A DNA stretch of 55,616 nucleotides from Basidiobolus meristosporus CBS 931.73 (taxonomy: Eukaryota; Fungi; Basidiobolomycota): positions 1-55,616 of the forward strand of contig MCFE01000585.1 in the NCBI GenBank assembly GCA_002104905.1. Reading direction: 5' to 3'. Positions within the stretch are counted from its first letter, which is position 1; each line of letters begins with the position of its first letter. Made by a program: the position numbers and the translations under genes. The notes under the pieces were generated by a model. The model ran no database searches, was not told where the DNA came from, and was given only the letters and a program-made list of their open reading frames with translations. Shown piece after piece: positions 52,958 to 55,616 of the stretch.

Positions 52958-54145
52958 GGTAGGGGAGGGAAGTCACCAAGTAGGTGAAATCTTAGGGTTA
53001 GGGTTCTAGTGCTTTATTGGGATAATGAGTATTGTAATGGAACATACATGCTAAAGGAGCAAATACTAGCTGATGTAAAGCCTGTGTAAGCAAGAGGGAT
53101 AGCTGGGAGTGTTCAGAGTGTGAAAATTATGTCAAAGTGGTTTGAACATGAAAGGGCCAAGGTAATCTCATAGTAGCTGGTAATCATTTGTGTTAGTGGT
53201 ACAGATATTTCAAGGCAGAAGCTCAAGTCTAATTGCAGCTATTATGCAATTTAATCTTCTGACCAAAGCTCTCTGAGTATGAAACTGGAAGAGTGCATCA
53301 GTATCCTTGAATTCAGAGCATCTTTCAGCATGAGTATAGTAGAAGGGCTGCTTGCAGATTGGGCACTTGGAGCCCAGACATAAGGTATTCATCCTCCATC
53401 TTATAGCCTGGAGGGAATAGAAGGTGCACTTCAGGTACAATGACACATCAGCACCACTATGTGTGTGTCTACTGTCCTTTCTGATAAGCCTAATTCTATC
53501 CCTTGATGTAGTAACTTGTGATATATTCTGAAGTCTCCTTTGATGCATTGCAACCCAAAGGGGAATCTGTCCTCCAGGAGGTGCACTGCTGTTGGCTAGT
53601 ACATATTATTTGCAGCCAGCTGGGCAATGTACTCCTTTTTTGATTAAAGAGTTTGGAGTAGTGTCTATTCTTCTTCCTACAATGGCATCTACCAAAGCCC
53701 TCAATGGGTTGTCAGGGCTAGACTTTGCAAAGTGCTGGTCAAACCTGATACTTAAAGTCTCAAATCTCTGGGATACTGATTCAATGCCGGTCAAGCTTTG
53801 AATCAATCTATGGTACTGGTTAGTATGATACAGAGAAGAACTTACTACCCAGCCTAAGCTTTCCCTTTGTACTAGTTCAATTCTGTGCAAGATATCAGGG
53901 CTGAGAGTGAAGTGCATCATTGGGGCAGAGTACTCCCACCAAGATCTTAGGAAGGATTTAAATAGTTGCAGTCCAACAAGGAGGGGCCATCTTGAACCTT
54001 TTGCCTGCAAAGTTCTCAGTAGTGCAAGAGCTTTTGATATACAATTGTCAACATAAAGTTGCCAATCAACACCAGTTCTACATACAGGTAGGCCTAGATA
54101 GCTGTAATAATTGGGAGCAGGTAGTGCTACTCCATCTAGGGTTAT
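52958..54145 (-). mobile_element. Non-LTR unit C: RT thumb through C-terminal CCHC-like finger (frame 54163-53210, one premature TAA at 53608-53606) plus 3' UTR and terminal motif
   Basis: ITLDGVALP..NYYSYLGLP and LFKSFLRSWWEYSAP match LINE RT domain 7 and thumb. The two supplied ORFs are in one frame and end in CPICKQPFYYTHAERC. Confidence 0.85.
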
Positions 54146-54695
54146 GGGGGAGACAGTCACCAACAGGTGAAATCTTTATTTCAGTTGAAACAAAGAAGCC
54201 AGCGCTACTGTTGTAGCTTTGATACAAGAGTGTGTAACTGAGGGGAATTTGTAGGTACGTTAATAAGAAGTGATGATAGTTCTTCAGTGCTCAAGACACT
54301 GTTCAGTGGTAAGGGGGGTAGCAAGAGAGGTAAGAATGATTTGTGAACAACATTAATGAGGGGAATGTGATAAGGATTGATATTCATCATAAAGGGAGTG
54401 TGCTGCTGCAGATATTGCTGCCAAAGGTCTGTCAAGTACTTCAGGTAGGCCAGCTTGGGTTTTTCTGACTGCAGAATAAATTCAGCAAACTTCTTGACTT
54501 CAGGATCTCCAAGTATAGTTCTCCAGCAGGAGCCAGGTGTAGTGTGGTGTGTTCTCTTCCAGGCCTTAATCAGTGGGTTGTTGCAGTTGTGAAGTCTGAG
54601 GTATAATCTGGTTCTAAGGTAGAGAAGTCTGATCTTATAGGGCATAAACCCAAAAGCATCAAGAATAGCATGTCTGTAGGGGCTTAGGGTTAGGG
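54137..54695 (-). mobile_element. Non-LTR unit B: 5'-truncated ORF2 C-terminus of a different, divergent family plus terminal motif
   Basis: AILDAFGFMPYKIRLLYLRTRLYLRLHNCNNPLIKA aligns weakly with unit C LIQSLTGIESVSQRFETLSIRF..H.....NPLRAL, then diverges and has no Cys finger. It is bounded by two copies of the junction motif. Confidence 0.6.
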
Positions 54696-55260
54696 GAGGG
54701 AAAGTCACCAAAGTAGGTGAAATCTTTATTTGATTTCAGACAAGTCTAACTACAAATAAAGAGGCCAGCTGGGAATAGAAGATTCCCAAAGTAAACACTA
54801 AGTTGAATATGAATAAATCTAAGTTAAAGTTAAGGCAGTATCCCAGAGTACACTGGAGTTCAGGTTCATGGGGGAGTGAAGTAGATAAGCTTGAGAGATA
54901 TAATAATCTTTGAGGAAGTGGGTAACAGCAGGTGAAGGGGAGTTTTTGATAAGTGAAGTGAATCTTGAGATCAGAGATTCCTCTAATGAGAAGGTCTTGT
55001 AAACTGGAGAATCAGGAAACTCTTTGAAGGCATGGTCAGTAGGTTCCCAGTAAAACTGGTCAGAGACATTTTGAGAGAATTGCTCAGCAATATTTTTGTC
55101 AAGTACTACCTCCAGGGTGTGATGGTTGATAAATCTCATGTTGACAATCTTGGATAAGTTGTAACCTTGTTGCTTGAGATACATCCTATGCTCAGATATA
55201 GGAATAAACTCTACATTGGCAAAGTAGCAGACAGCCCAGTCAGTAGCAGGAGGGTTAGGG
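54684..55260 (-). mobile_element. Unit A: 5'-truncated ORF1 (gag-like)-type fragment followed directly by the terminal motif
   Basis: The frame is open from the motif: DWAVCYFANVEFIPISEHRMYLKQQGYNLSKIVNMRFINHHTLEVVL. This recalls ORF1 proteins of Mucorales LINE-like elements (from memory, not searched). The stop is at 54819, with no ORF2 after it. Confidence 0.5.
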
Positions 55261-55339
55261 GGGGAGGAAAGTCACCAAGTGGTGAAATCTTTATTTACTT
55301 ATGACAAGTATCTAAAGAAGCCAAGTTAATCTGAAGTTA

Positions 55340-55469
55340 TTCCTAGAAAGCTAGGTCTGAGAGATATCTTCCTGGTAAGCCAGGTCTGAGAGTTGAGAAG
55401 CTGAGTGGTACTATATTTCCTAGTTAGCTAGGTCTGAGAGAGGTTTCCTGGAAAGCCAGGCCTGAGAAG
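55340..55469. repeat. Four 24-25-bp hairpin repeats TTCCTRG-NNAG-CYAGGYCTGAGA
   Basis: Copies at 55340, 55369, 55417 and 55445, arranged as two dimers with a 77-bp period. Stems alternate CCTAG/CTAGG and CCTGG/CCAGG. Confidence 0.9.
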
Positions 55470-55616
55470 TGAGAATCTGAATATATCTGAGCTAAGTTAT
55501 ACTGGTTTGCGGTAGCTGAATTGTGGCCGGAATGGCCAGTAGACTGGGGGAACTGAGAGGAATTTCTGGGCGATCACTGGCCAAATTTACTAGGCAAATC
55601 TGGCCAATTAGCATTT

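Noticed and set aside
52958-55295. Junction motif as CRISPR repeat, spliced leader or intron 3' end (CTAAC branch-like)
   Set aside because: Spacing is 0.5-1.2 kb with coding content, so it is not CRISPR. No consistent AG acceptor or GT donor frames the motif, and the downstream ORFs read through it.

Overview
Eukaryotic genomic DNA from a fungus, with short GT-AG introns and fungal-type genes. An early-diverging lineage (Zoopagomycota/Mucoromycota-like) is my inference only. Layout: (1) 0.2-4.9 kb, decayed nested Ty1/copia fragments and LTRs. (2) 5.7-41.6 kb, a gene-containing core: DM9-repeat protein, two Pho85-type cyclins, an unprocessed RPS4 pseudogene, a HAD + 2H RNA-repair-like protein, divergent RPS14/RPS28, an Hsv2/WIPI PROPPIN, two paralogous BTB-like proteins, a C2H2 transcription factor and an inverted solo LTR. 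(3) 43.8-48.5 kb, a very young full-length copia element (LTRs identical by eye, TTCAG TSD, Ty5-type PBS) inserted in an older LTR. (4) An intronless aryl-alcohol dehydrogenase. (5) 52.3-55.6 kb, the most unusual part: a polarised head-to-tail array of 5'-truncated non-LTR retroelement pieces from different families, including an apparently ORF1-only unit. They are joined by one conserved AATAAA-hairpin-CCCTAACCCT motif, with no poly(A) tail or TSD seen. This looks like telomere-repeat-primed terminal retrotransposition (HeT-A/TART- or Athena-like logic) by LINE-type RTs. TE zones are strongly CpG-depleted. No rRNA, tRNA or CRISPR was found. All alignments and family assignments were made by eye; no searches were run.
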